A DNA stretch of 63,956 bases, counting the filler, from Octopus bimaculoides (Eukaryota), in assembly GCF_001194135.2 (NCBI RefSeq). It is 5 parts of 5 records of this genome, joined end to end, with 100 filler letters (N's around TTAATTAATTAA, not from the genome) between each part and the next. Parts side by side here need not be neighbours in the genome. Positions count along the whole stretch, not along the records: positions 1 to 12,762 come from NC_068982.1; positions 12,863 to 29,484 come from NC_068993.1; 3 more parts are not named here. One strand, written 5' to 3'. The notes beneath the pieces were generated by a model. The model made no database searches. It was not told the origin of the DNA and saw nothing but the letters and a program-made list of their open reading frames with translations. Every line of letters begins with the position of its first letter. Position 1 is the first letter of the stretch. The position numbers and the translations under genes were made by a program. This document shows, in pieces, positions 12,318 to 25,277 of the stretch.

Positions 12318-12552
12318 TTGTGCGTTGTGTCCTTGAGCAAGACACTTTATTTCACGTTGCTCCAGTTCACGCAACTGGCAAAAATGAGTTGTACCTGTAA
12401 TTCAAAGGACCAGGCTTGTCAACGCTGAATCTCTTTCAGAACTACGTGTCTGTGGTGTGTTCAGCCACTTGCACGTTAATTTCACAAGCAGGCTGTTCCG
12501 TTGATCGAATCAAATGGAACAATCGTCGTCGTCGTAACCGACGGAGTGCCAG
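12318..12552 (+). mobile_element. SINE family C, 5'-truncated (Nin/Deu-like TGCACGTTAA domain)
   Basis: TTGAGCAAGACACTT core plus CAGCCACTTGCACGTTAATTTCAC..GGCTGTTCCGTTGATCG; same as the 29085, 44362 and 45567 copies. Confidence 0.85.
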
Positions 12553-12680
12553 TAACTGTATTATAGTCAGAATTACAAGCTCCTACTTCGTCAGTGTATA
12601 CCTGTTTATTGTAAGGTCATCCTTTTCTTGAGGTTTCGGGACAGTTCACGATTGAGTTTCATTTATTTATTTGCTTATTG

Positions 12681-12683
<3 letters not shown>

Positions 12684-12729
<46 letters not shown>

Positions 12730-12762
12730 CCACCACCACCTCCACCACCACCACCACCATCA
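12684..12762. repeat. (CAT)n/(CAC)n trinucleotide microsatellite
   Basis: Direct repeat run ending at a gap. Confidence 0.95.
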
Positions 12763-13399
12763 NNNNNNNNNNNNNNNNNNNNNNNNNNNNNNNNNNNNNN
12801 NNNNNNTTAATTAATTAANNNNNNNNNNNNNNNNNNNNNNNNNNNNNNNNNNNNNNNNNNNNAAATGCAAAACAAAAGTCAAACATAAAATGATAATAAT
12901 AATAATAATAATTGCTGCAATATTCATCATTCTTAAAATATTGGAGGAAGGATCGAGTTTATTCCATCCAATACATTACTAAGCTTGTACTTATTTTATC
13001 CCCTCCGAAGAGATAAATGTCACAGTCAATGTAAGTTAGACAAAATATAAACTTTCCGGCACTTAGTGAGCACAGACGTAATATAGATTGAACATATAGG
13101 GAAATAATATTAAGTGTCAACAGTGACACTACTACAATACTTAAAGGTGAGTAAATAGAACCTGTGTAATTTAATAATAAAACTGAAGAAAACAGAAAAT
13201 AAAAGTCTCAAAAGAGAAAGCAGTCAAGTGCGAACAAGAAGCTAACTAGCGCAACGGAAGGTTTTACTCATTTGAAGAAAGAAAATATATTGAAAATTCG
13301 AAAAAAGTAAAATATAATACTGAAATAACAAAAACAAATCAGCGGTAATGAACACACAAGTCCAAGTATATAAAACTTAAAACAAAGATTTCAAGTGCC

Positions 13400-13900
13400 A
13401 GGAGAACAATGAAAATGAATAATAAATCCACAAAAACATAATTCAGAACACTGGTCGACTAATGTTGAACAATACATAAGCATTTCATTGAAGTGAATTT
13501 TAAAAGTCCTGCAGCAGAAGAAAATAATACATTTTATATATTCTACTGTAAAACAAATTAAAATACAACTATACGTGACAAGAATTGTTCCTCGGTTACA
13601 AATAAAAACCTCTTGAAATATGAAACCTAAAAATTATATAGTACGATGCATAAAAAAAACACAAAAAAGCATATTGAATTGTTGAAAATATATACATCAA
13701 TATCATAAGAATTAATAAATCAATGTCTATAAATTTTATTGGCGAATCAGTTGAAACTTATTACGAAAGAAAACTTCCACTCCTTATTGAAATCAACACC
13801 TAAAACATTGACCAAAATCTGTTGATATAAAGCCGAGTGGGAAACATGAAAACGGGACCCATTTTTATTGTAAGACTATCTGTAAGAATTTGCTGTCACT
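13400..13900 (+). pseudogene. Possible highly decayed PLE reverse transcriptase
   Basis: IHKNIIQNTGRL resembles PKIHK..PGRP, and VENIYTSIS*ELINQCL resembles DVENFYPSI.EELL..L; heavily disrupted. Confidence 0.33.
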
Positions 13901-14673
13901 ATATCATTTTTGAATAGCATTATTGCAGTCTTCAAACTAAATCAAGTTGGAATCAGATACAAATGATATAAAATGAAAATCAACTATCAATTTTGCGCGT
14001 ATGACTTCGATTTGCAGCTGTAGATGATAAATTAGCAGGATTCAATAAAACAGAGAACTGCTGAAATAAATTTACGTATCATAAACCTTCTGTGGATTAA
14101 CTAGAAATACAAATGTAAACATGATATAGCACTTATGCGCGGCAAAGAAAGAGAAGAAGTCTTTCGAGGGAACATTTCACTGGTTGTGAGCTACTCTTGA
14201 GATATGATTTAACATTTTGTATTCCGCTATGAACTGAATATGAGCACCTTATAAGCTTGCACATTAGTAAATCGCCTAATTTACACATTGTTTTGGTTCT
14301 CTTTTAGGCTCAGTATATTTCTATGCACAACGCAGCATATATCAGAAAAACTGAAATAAATTTAAATATTGTAAATTGTAGTGTGTAACGTGGTTTAGAT
14401 ATTAGTTCTAATTTAGTAAACATCAGAGATCATAATTGAACAGTTGAAAATTGCGCTGGATAATCATGTTAGATACAGTTACAGAGATTACACATTAACA
14501 TATATAAACTATTTGTAAATGCTATCCAAATATAAACGTGAACAATTAGAAATGAAGAGATTATGGTAATTAAGAATAAAATAAACACTACTTCTAAACG
14601 TTTGTAGTATGTATGATTAATTTAGTTGCAAAGTAATATATTCCAGATTGAAACACATTTATAAAATATTTAA

Positions 14674-14926
14674 CCCATAAACTGCTGCGATTTTGCTGAG
14701 CCTATTTTGGGTAAAGATCACCATCGATCGATCAGTCTAAAAAAATACTCAGTGTTTCTTCACACCTTCTGTGATTAGCTACACTGTTTCTGGGGTGAAA
14801 GGGTATCGTGTGCATACATTATACGTCATCGAAATTACGTCCGTTCATGCCCTACTTCCGTGGCCACGAACGTGGCCTGTCACACTGTCGCGTTGGCCAC
14901 TGAGGTGGCCTATCGCAGTTTATGGG
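14674..14926. mobile_element. piggyBac-type MITE (253 bp)
   Basis: TTAA|CCCATAAACTGC ... GCAGTTTATGGG|TTAA: perfect 12-bp TIR with CCC/GGG termini and TTAA TSD. Confidence 0.85.
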
Positions 14927-16044
14927 TTAAACTATAAGAAATTGCACAAATTACATTTATTACATATAATGATATTCGATTCAACAGAAGAAAATATGAA
15001 TGAAAAAATCCACTAAATGCAAAATCGAGCTACACTTCTCAGCAATGAGACTCGTTGAATTATTACACTTTTTAGCATAGTCATATAATTGCTGTGTCTT
15101 ATTTGGGAGATGGCGTATTTGATTAAATTGTTTAAACTTTCATTAGCTTTTCTCATTCACCCGAACAGAGGAAATGACTGCAGATGGATTCGAATATAGA
15201 ATGCGAAAACATGTAACTAAACATGCATGGAATTACTGCAATTCCCTTTTGGCTATGGAACATAGAAATTAACTATGAATAATAAATCGATTATATATTT
15301 TCGTTATTAGAATTTCTTGCAGTCTCCGCGTAAAGCATAACTGTTTCGAATAGAAAAAAGCCATGCTGACTACAGCTAGCGATACAAAATTTGTTAAACA
15401 AAATCGCTTCACTGTCTTATGAACCAGGTAGTTGAGGATTGATTCACATTTTCGCCGGATGAAATATATACTAAATCACATAACTGTCACCAATAAAATA
15501 TTTTCCTTAGAAAATAGCTATGATATCTGATTAGTTCCGATGTCTTAAATACAGTACGTATTAATGATGATCATCATCATCATCACCGTTTCCGAAGTAA
15601 TATCATTAGCATGATTCCAATTTTATTGAAGTTGTTTTAGAAGAATTCTTTAAGGACGCCTTCTGGACTTTCTTAACATAGCTTCTAAATTCTTGATAAA
15701 TTCTCACTCTATTTCCGCAAAAGCCATGAGCATATGTTCATATGGTACTGAGTGCAGGTTTCCCGAGAAAATAGTGAAATTATTGCATTCACTAAGTATA
15801 TTACCGTAGATTTAATTAAACAAGAATGACTCGGTGCTACGCCGCAACAGAAATAATTATAAAATGTAAAAATATGTCTATCGTTATACCTCCCTATCTT
15901 CATCATCGACCCCATCACTGTTATCATGAGTAATATTTTATAAGAGGTGCGCGAAGTTCTTATAGACCAGCAGAGAGCCACACTCACTTACATACACGTA
16001 CACATATATAATGTATGTGCTTGTGCTTGGGTGTGTGTGTGTGT

Positions 16045-16078
<34 letters not shown>

Positions 16079-16167
16079 CTGTGTGTGTGCGTGCGTGTGC
16101 ATACTCAAGATCACATACAAAAGTAAAGCAATAATAATATTTCGGAATAAATTAATTCATACCAGAG

Positions 16168-16835
16168 AATATTCTTTTCTATTATAGGCACAATGCCTGA
16201 AATTCGGATGAAGGGGATAGTCGGTTTTATCGACCCTAGTGCGTTCCTGGTACTTATTTCATCGACCCCGAAAGGATGAAATGCAAAGTTGACCTCGGTG
16301 GAGTTTGAACTCAGAACGTAGCGATAGGCAAAATACCGCTAAGCATTTCCTCCAGAGTACTAAACATTCTGCCAGCTCGCCGCCCTCTCATGCCAGAGAA
16401 TATTCTTTTCTCCTCTAGGCACAAGGCCCGAAATTTTGAGTAAGGGGGCCAGTTTATTAGATCGACCCCAGTACTCAACTGGTACGTAATTTTTCGATAG
16501 TGAAAGTATGAAAGGCAAAGTCGACCTCGGCAGGGTTTGAACTGAGAACGTAAAAATAGACGAAATAACACTATGCATTTCGCCCGGCTTGCTAATGTTT
16601 CTTATTTCTTTGTTGCCCACAAGGCGCTAAACATAGATGGGACAAACAAGGACAAACAAAGGGATTATGTTGATTACATCGACTCCAGTGCGTAAGTGGT
16701 ACTTAATTTATTGACCCCGAAAGGATGAAAGGCAAAGTCAACCTCGGCGGAATTTGAACTCAGAACGTAACAGTAGACGAAATACTGCTAAGCATTTCGC
16801 CCGGCGTGCTAAAGTTTCTGCTAGCTCACAGCCAT
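16168..16835 (-). mobile_element. Three head-to-tail SINE family A copies
   Basis: Three repeats of the AAAGTCGACCTCGG..TTTGAACTCAGAACG..GCATTTC block. Confidence 0.92.
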
Positions 16836-17062
16836 CATGCCAGCGAATATTGAAGTTTAAATACTGGCGCATGTTTCAAATGAGTAAGGATGAGTCATGG
16901 TCTTACATAAAAACTACTATATATCGTACAGGTATAGTGTACTGACTTCCCTAGCATTTTTGGTACAAAGAAACAACGTCACAAGAACGAAGTGCAAAGA
17001 ATAATTAAAATATGAATTCTCAGAGTATTCTTATTTTGCTTCCTTCCGTGATATAAATATTG

Positions 17063-17440
17063 GCACCAAATTTTGTCACAAGGCCAGCAGTTTTGGAGGA
17101 GCGAGTTAGCTGATAACATCGGTCCAGTACTCCACTGGTACTTATTTATTTGACTGCGAAATTATCAAAGGCAAGGTTGACCTTGGCATCATTTGAACTT
17201 AGATGAACGCAGTTCCGCTAAGCACCATGTTTGGGTGCTAACCATTCTACCAACTACCCACCTCCCATAATATAGGTATTAACTTCAGATTTTGGTACAA
17301 GGCCACCAATTTGATTTCGGGGTAGAGGGTTTGTCGATTACATCGACTCCACTACTCAACTGATGCTTATTTTATACATCCCAAAAGAAAGAAAGGCATT
17401 GTCTATCTTGGTAGAATTTGAAGAATGTAAGGATGGACTA
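17063..17440 (-). mobile_element. Two decayed SINE family A copies
   Basis: CACAAGGCCAGCAG.., GGTACTTATTT, GACCTTGGC..TTTGAACT motifs. Confidence 0.7.
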
Positions 17441-17658
17441 AATGCCTTTTTGCCCACCTTTTAAAAAGATGTGCGTTTTTCAAAGCTATATGCGATCTCG
17501 TGCCAAAATTGACCATCGTTTGCGCTGAAATGGTCAATCACTTCATTGAGCAGAGAACCAGCGCGGGCACACACACACACATATCAAATTATATATATAT
17601 ATATATATATTTAAAAATTTAAGGAATGGAGAAAACGCATGTTATAATTGCATACTTT

Positions 17659-17744
17659 ATTCCTACATATGCTTCAAAGGATTACAACCTGTGTGATCCA
17701 TAGGGATCTTTGATATTAAAATTGTAACCTTCTCTTCAGGGAAT
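17659..17744 (-). ncRNA. Putative type-I hammerhead ribozyme with long stem II (A15.1 mutated to G)
   Basis: AUUCC-CUGAAGA-GAAGGUUACAA..UUGUAAUCCUUU-GAAG-C(AUAU)G-UA^-GGAAU. 5-bp stem I, about 11-bp stem II base, palindromic stem III. A sister copy at 38818 has the intact GAAACATATGTAGGAAT. Confidence 0.65.
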
Positions 17745-17875
17745 GCATGGGAATCATCTTAAACGTAAGACATTATGACCGGTCATAATGTCTTACGTTT
17801 AAGATGTTTCCCATGCATTCCCTGAAGAGAAGGTTACCATTTTAATATCACAGATCCCTATGGATCACACAGGTT
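17686..17875. repeat. Spacer-less palindrome, 95-bp arms
   Basis: Centre ATGACC|GGTCAT at 17780/17781; three mismatches counted by eye; right arm runs into a gap. Confidence 0.9.
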
Positions 17876-19599
17876 NNNNNNNNNNNNNNNNNNNNNNNNN
17901 NNNNNNNNNNNNNNNNNNNNNNNNNNNNNNNNNNNNNNNNNNNNNNNNNNNNNNNNNNNNNNNNNNNNNNNNNNNNNNNNNNNNNNNNNNNNNNNNNNNN
18001 NNNNNNNNNNNNNNNNNNNNNNNNNNNNNNNNNNNNNNNNNNNNNNNNNNNNNNNNNNNNNNNNNNNNNNNNNNNNNNNNNNNNNNNNNNNNNNNNNNNN
18101 NNNNNNNNNNNNNNNNNNNNNNNNNNNNNNNNNNNNNNNNNNNNNNNNNNNNNNNNNNNNNNNNNNNNNNNNNNNNNNNNNNNNNNNNNNNNNNNNNNNN
18201 NNNNNNNNNNNNNNNNNNNNNNNNNNNNNNNNNNNNNNNNNNNNNNNNNNNNNNNNNNNNNNNNNNNNNNNNNNNNNNNNNNNNNNNNNNNNNNNNNNNN
18301 NNNNNNNNNNNNNNNNNNNNNNNNNNNNNNNNNNNNNNNNNNNNNNNNNNNNNNNNNNNNNNNNNNNNNNNNNNNNNNNNNNNNNNNNNNNNNNNNNNNN
18401 NNNNNNNNNNNNNNNNNNNNNNNNNNNNNNNNNNNNNNNNNNNNNNNNNNNNNNNNNNNNNNNNNNNNNNNNNNNNNNNNNNNNNNNNNNNNNNNNNNNN
18501 NNNNNNNNNATATATATATATATATATATATAATAAAAAGTAAATAGAAAATCCATAAACACAACAATCAATGTTACAATTGTCAATTTATGTTGCCTAC
18601 GTGCGTTTCGTTTTATTATTTAAATCTATATTTATACAATTATATTGCATTTTGAATTTGGAAAAGCAAAAGTCTTCTTTAAGACAAAAAAATGACTTTT
18701 ATCTTCTCACACATCCTATCTGAGGGAGAATTCATTCCTATTGAATTGTAGCATGTGCGTCTTAGATATATACATACAATAGGTAGATGTTGAATTTGAT
18801 CTCACTGAACAAGGGATAAGCATTTCCCAGAAAAACTAGGTCATGTTACTATTCACCCTTTTTAGTTACCTCTGTTCAGTATGTCTGTAAACACATTCCT
18901 CATTAATTGTATAGGTTTATAGACCTGCCTTTACCATTTGTACTATTTATCATGTTCACATATTTATATGTTCTTATTTATTGGTAAAAATAAATCTGGC
19001 TATTTACTTATATGCTACTTCTACTTATTTAGTTTTTGTTTATTCTTATTGTTAGAAGTTATATTAGTTATCATTAATATAATAATTTAGTTAGATGTAT
19101 TAGTTGAGAGTTAGAATTCATACATATACTTGTCTATTTAATTAACGAAATAGAAGTATGATTCTCATTTATCATATACACAGTCTTTATTTACCTAAAG
19201 TTATTTAAATACAAAGGAAGCAAATATAACTTTAAGAACTTAGGTATTATTGTATCATTCAAACAGTGTCCATTTTAATTAAATTTATTCAGATTCAACA
19301 AATATATATTTTTAGAATTATAAACAGACAAAACATTCCCCTTCCCCTCTTATTCTTAGGATAATTCATTTAGATAAATTACATGATAGTTTGGGCTCCC
19401 ACATGTTTTCATTTATTTAATTAATAGTGTAGAAGCACAATTCTTGGGTCTCATATACACGGTGTTTAATTCTTAACTAATTCTACTAAAATTCAATGAG
19501 GTTATATTTAACTTTAAAAATTATTCTTCTGAATAATTGTATTATTTACACAGTTTCTTTTTAATTATATCCATTTCAATTTATTATGTGTATAGTTAA

Positions 19600-20400
19600 C
19601 CTTATTCACAGAACAAAAATCTCATTTCTCTCTTGTTTAATAATTTGTGTTTTGATGTAAGAATTTTATAGATTTCCTCTCTTCAGAGTTCACATCGTTT
19701 GTCCTCAATGCTATAAGATTTCGCCCGGTTAATGATTTCCCATCTAATTGTATATTCCCTTTTCTATCCTTAATCTTCCAAATTAATTTACTAAACCTAG
19801 TGCTTTCGTCTTTTCTCCTATTCCTAAAGATGTCTTCATGGTTTGCTATACTTTGTTTTGTATAATTTTCTACAGAACCTACATAGAAGTAATCTTGCCC
19901 CTCAGATGTTGCCTTACACCCATGTATAACACCTACAAAATCTTCTTAATGGACATTGAACTTCCTTGGCACAATCACAGATTTTATTCGTAAGAGCATT
20001 CCTTTTTTTTACCAAATATGCTGTGCTTATATACTATGTCTTCGGAGTTACTCTCGTTATATTTATTTACTATATTAGGATTCTTACCTATTAACCTATC
20101 CGCTTTGTCATTGCTTTCCTTTTTATAGAGTTTTCTCTTTCACTGTTATTGCTAATGTTATATATACCAGAATTTATATTTGTATTATTAGCATTTCCGA
20201 GAGATTGGAAATTCTCTTTGAAAAATTTTCAACTAATTTAGGTGCAATACTTCTTGGATGATTACTATTTACGTTAATGTACCTTAGACTAGTATTCGGT
20301 TTATGGTAGGGTTTATATTTGCTTCTTTGTAGATTTAGGGTCCATGTCCAAGAAGTTGACGGAGTTATATTCATTTTTGATTATGATTGATAGCTCCATA
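19600..20400 (-). pseudogene. Penelope-like element remnant (RT thumb plus GIY-YIG)
   Basis: TLNLQRSKYKPYHKPNTSLRYINVNSNHPRSI..RISNLS is the PLE thumb motif. Downstream YFYVGSVEN..IANHEDIFRNRRKDESTRFSKLIWKIKD.. and AKSYSIEDKRCEL..LLNKR are GIY-YIG motifs, frameshifted. Confidence 0.82.
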
Positions 20401-20699
20401 TTTTTTTAAAATTTATAAAATCACATTTTTTTTATACATTTCTAATATTCTATTAGAGATGCTACTCCAGGGTGAAAAGTGAATCCTCCCTGTATAGGCC
20501 CCTCCAAGTTTCGGAAATTCGCTACCTAAGTTAAATCGTATGTAGATTCCCACTAAATCTGTGAATTGTACTGAGGCAGCAGATCCCATTCTTATGTTAA
20601 AGCTATCACTAGTTTCTTTTCTTACTTATATACGTATACATATATATACACATATACATAAATATGTGTGTGTGTTTGTGTGTGTACATACATACTTAC

Positions 20700-20787
20700 G
20701 TAAAACACAAAGGTTGTTCACATGAGTTGTGAATGTCTGTATGTTCGCATGCATGTTTCCTGGTGTAGAAAAGCAAATCTCCGTTCT
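20700..20787 (-). CDS. Candidate 88-nt exon
   Basis: Acceptor TTTCATTTTACTCTTCAG| and donor AC|GTAAGT. Two frames are open: RTEICFSTPGNMHANIQTFTTHVNNLCVL (phase 0-1) or NGDLLFYTRKHACEHTDIHNSCEQPLCF (phase 1-2). Confidence 0.45.
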
Positions 20788-22478
20788 CTGAAGAGTAAAA
20801 TGAAATCAAATTTTGCATGTGTCAAGTCCCGAAAGCTGAATAAACTTACGGTTGTCCAATTATGCACGTTTGGCATCAATACAAAAGCTATCTGTCTTCT
20901 AATACAGTTGTTACTTCAAATGAAGCAGAAATTTATTTAAATGTTTTCTTTCTGCAGCATACGGTTTTGTCAGTAACAATAACAAATGTTAATCATAGAT
21001 TGTATAATTCATAATAGCATTTAGATCGCTACAATCTGAAATAAACTATGTTTATATTTTTTTTTTTTTTACATTTCCGAACATGGTTGATTTCGAAATA
21101 CCAATTAAAACATAATGCATAAAAAAAAAACAAACATAACGTAAAATATTAATTGTTTGTCTTTTAATATTTTATCACCTTCGTAGAAATGCTGACAGCG
21201 TGCAGTAATAAATTTGACATATAACCTATAAGACCTAGTCGACTCTCTGGCTAACTAACTAAAATATTTATTACCTACTTTTAGTATATTATATATTTTT
21301 GTATATATATATTTTTTATTTTTCTGATAGCTTTCTCCAAGATTGCCAAGGGATTTGGTTTTACAGCGGTTAAAGAAATGTCAGACTTTTATATTAAATT
21401 GAGTACGAATGTAAAAATATAGCTATTCAGAGGAATATATGAGGAAAACAATAGTACAAAACATATTATTTTAATGTGTTGATATTTTCTGATTGATTTA
21501 ACTTGATATAATAAATCGACTTTCATTTCGTATCTGATGTAATAACTGGGGCTAGATTTTTTTTTACTTCCAAGCGTGTAAGCATTTCGGAATAAGAAAT
21601 AGAAAAAGAACAACGCTCTGACTAGGATAAGGAATAAAATAATCTTATTAATGGATGTATTTTCTTTTTCAACTATCAAATATGAAAGTATTTCTCATAG
21701 TCATCTGGACTCTCTCATATTGGTAGTTTTATGTTCCCACCTAAGACTCAAAATATTTATCATTACTACAATATTACCCGTCAAATGAAGGCAAACTTTC
21801 GAAGTACATTTCCCTCTATGGGCAAATAGCAGTAAATATGGTATATATTACTAATAATTTAACTTCTGTGAGGTTCTTCACTGCTTATGCAAAATGATGG
21901 AATGAATACTAATTTTCAAAATAACAAAATTAATGACCATGAAATAAAATAAATCAAATTAAATTAGATGAAAAGACTCCTCTTTCTTCACGTGCAATAA
22001 ATATATTCTATTTTAGCAACATAATTTCAATCTTTTCTATGCAACCTATATCTTCATGTTAGCTCTCATTTTCTCTTTCTCCCCTCTCTATACAATGTAA
22101 TGCGTCACAGAAAGAAAAATAACCAAACAACATAATACCGTCTATTATTACAGAGACGTTTCATATATACTCAGATAAAAATCAAGAATCATGATCTCTT
22201 CTTAGTAAATATGACGAACGTAAAGTTAGATACCTCACATGTTTTATGTATCGACAACTATAATGCCTGATGCATTGTTTTTTCTTTTTTTTAGAGCAGT
22301 ATGCTTGTAGGTTGGGAAACCATCTAGAAGCACCATTGATGAATACTGAGACCAACCAATATTTATAGCTGACTTCACCAACAGGAAAATATATTTGAGT
22401 ACCGATGTATCAGGTAAGACGCTATTCATGAATGCCAGAGAAAACTCGACTCATCAACCTCATATCTCTCGCCCCCTG

Positions 22479-22511
<33 letters not shown>

Positions 22512-24149
22512 TCATCTATCTCCGTTCCCAAATAGGAGGTCAGTATGAGATGTAGGTTACGTTATATAGGTATTCAGATGCGGCTCTAATTATAATTTAT
22601 TAAGAAAAGATAGCACAAGTGGTCCGAGTAAAGGCTAGTAGTGAAATTTAATCTGTAGTCTGTGTAGATACAAGACAATTATTATTAGCATTTTAAGCAG
22701 AAGTAGGAGATAGCAAACGTAACATTATTGATAAACGTGGTGCTTCGTAGTGCTGTAAGAAAAATGGAAAAATGTACTAATTCAGTCCTTGCGCTAAAAT
22801 ATTAAATCATTCCAAGTGAGTAAGTATTTCGTTTTGATTTTTGGATGTGATTACGAAACGTTTATGAATGAAAATCTTTGAAATTAACCAAAGAAATATG
22901 TAACTTTTTATGCAACCTGTACATTCAATAAGCTACTAAATGAAAAGATGAATTCCGAAATGTTTAGATCTTCTAGTTTTTAGCCAAGTTACTATCCATT
23001 AAGTCTTGTGAAGTTCTTTTACTTTCTTTCTATTATTAGAAAAATACTTTTTCATATCATTTTGCCTCGTCACACTTTAGCAATATTCATGTGTGTGCGT
23101 ATGTGTCTGTGTGTGCGTATGTGTCTGTGTGTGCTCGCACGCGTTTTTTTGGATATATGCATACATATATACATTTCTTATGCTGATCGAGATTCTGCTA
23201 GCTTGTCATTTATAATCAATTTTCCTTGTATCTTCCTGCTATTTCGAATACATTCTGTTTCCGACTATATACACTTTCATTTAGACTTGCTGGCGGATAG
23301 CCAAATGGTCGATTGAAGCTGTCAGTCGTACGCACGTTATAGTTTACTTAACTTGATCGTTAATCACATTTATTTATTATCAGTCCCATCGGCTCAGCTA
23401 GTTAACCGAATGCAAGCATATTTGATCTGATCATTTCTGGTATGTCTGCCGTGTGGTGTGAGACAAGCTGTATGGTACAATGTAACAGTTAGCGAGCAAA
23501 CTTCAAATCCCGGTACTGCCATTATATAATCAGTTACTCTAGAAAGTAAACAATTATAGCTATATACATAACACAACTACGATATTTTAGTAAGCATTAA
23601 AATAATGTGACTGGATGAGCGATATACTATATCATGAATAATTAACTGTGTAATAATAACAATTAAGCATATTAAAAAAGTGAATATTTCAAAACTAAAT
23701 TAAGTGACTTCAGTTAATGAAGTATAAATTTATGATGAAAATTCTATAAATGTCTTGTAATATTCCTGGATTAGTTTCGAAGAGGTTTTACGAGTTCTTA
23801 TCGATAAATCGAGAAACAGTCCGAAGATGTTTTAAAGCTAGACAGAATAGTTTCATTTACCTACAGACATTTTAGAATTCTGAACTTGTAAGTGATTTGA
23901 TCTGAGAACAGGTGATGAAACTAAATCAATTAAAATGTAGTAGACTCGTGTTAAGCATTCAAAAGCATACAAAAACTGTAATTAATTATCATTATTTAGT
24001 GTCAATATTTTTACTGTACAATCTACGACCATATAAATTAATTTTGTTTCAAGCGTTCGCATCATTTTTATTAGTGAAAACTGATGACATGAACTACACT
24101 TCATATATGGTTACTGTCCCCAAGGACAATGAAATAATTGCGGACTTGG

Positions 24150-25277
24150 TTCGGTAGGAAACAAGCTTTCCGTAAAATCTTGAAATTTGCACCGAGATGT
24201 GTGAATGTTCTTCAAATATGATTGAATAAATAAAGTTTCACTTTAGGTTTTCTTCAAGAAGCTTGATGAATTTATTTAATATCAGCTTTTATTTAGGCTA
24301 GTAGTTGCAGTTCTCTCTTTTGTTGGATTAGGCTTTTGCCGCAATATTTTTTTTAAAAAATTGCAGTTTCAGATTATGATATAATGGCTTTAACCTTTTC
24401 CGACAACAACTCAACATGGTGATTCTACTGAGTTCATTAAAAAAGATACCGCATTACCCGAATTAATTAAAAGACTACAAAAAGAAATTGTTACCAAAAG
24501 TTTGAGAAAGAAGAAATACAAAATTGCAAAGCTGCAAAAAAAAAAAAAAAACATTTCAGAAAACTAAATAACAAGAAAAATGTTTGAGAAAAGGAAAAAA
24601 AAAAAAGAAACAGCAATAAGTATTATCGATAGGTGTAATTGGTTTCACGAATATTTTACCAACAATAAAGAAACTTATTGATATCGAACAGGTTACTTAA
24701 AGATGATATTATATTGTAAAACAGCAGCGGGTTGCCAAAATCTCATTACAATCAAGTTGGTATATGTACATTTTGTTGTTTAAGGATTCGTTTTTTCGCT
24801 CCTTATAGTCCGAAATTATTTAAAGATCCTTAGGGACAGTGGATATGTTTGAATTGCTACTTTTCCCATTAGTTTTCACTAATAAAATTTATGCGAACAC
24901 TTGAAACAAGTAGAAGTATAGTCCATCAGACGTGTCCTAGATTGCCACGTGGAAACGAAACCATCGTTCAGAAGCATGTCCATTCCTCCAACATTCCCTG
25001 TAGAAATATATTCAGTTATAATAACCACGTGTTGTGCAACACCAACCTCATTTAACAGGAATGTATACTCAAGTTTTATCAATCTGGTATCTTTGCTATC
25101 ATCCGTTTTGGCCAAATCCTCAAATCTTTTTCAGGATTTACTTGCGAAAGAAAAACTAGCTCCATTATCAACCACATTGGTGCCAATATTTAAACCTGAT
25201 TTGCATTCATAATATATTTTAGCATTATATACATTTAACCCAACATAGATTTTACGGAAAGCTTGTATCCTACCGAA
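24150..25277. other. 1128-bp interval bounded by a 31-bp inverted repeat (30/31 identical)
   Basis: TTCGGTAGGAAACAAGCTTTCCGTAAAATCT at 24150-24180 and its reverse complement (one mismatch) at 25247-25277; no TSD seen. Confidence 0.7.

Noticed and set aside
12807-12818. TTAATTAATTAA inside N runs (also 29529-29540, 57467-57478, 62462-62473)
   Set aside because: Identical palindromic 12-mer with stops in all six frames, centred in gaps: a scaffolding linker, not biology.
15716-15790. Minus-strand exon candidate ECNNFTIFSGNLHSVPYEHMLMAFAEI (coordinates approximate)
   Set aside because: Weak acceptor with no polypyrimidine tract.
22295-22413. Plus-strand exon-like segment with strong acceptor and CAG|GTAAGA donor
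   Set aside because: Stops in all three frames and no partner exons; a non-coding exon cannot be excluded.
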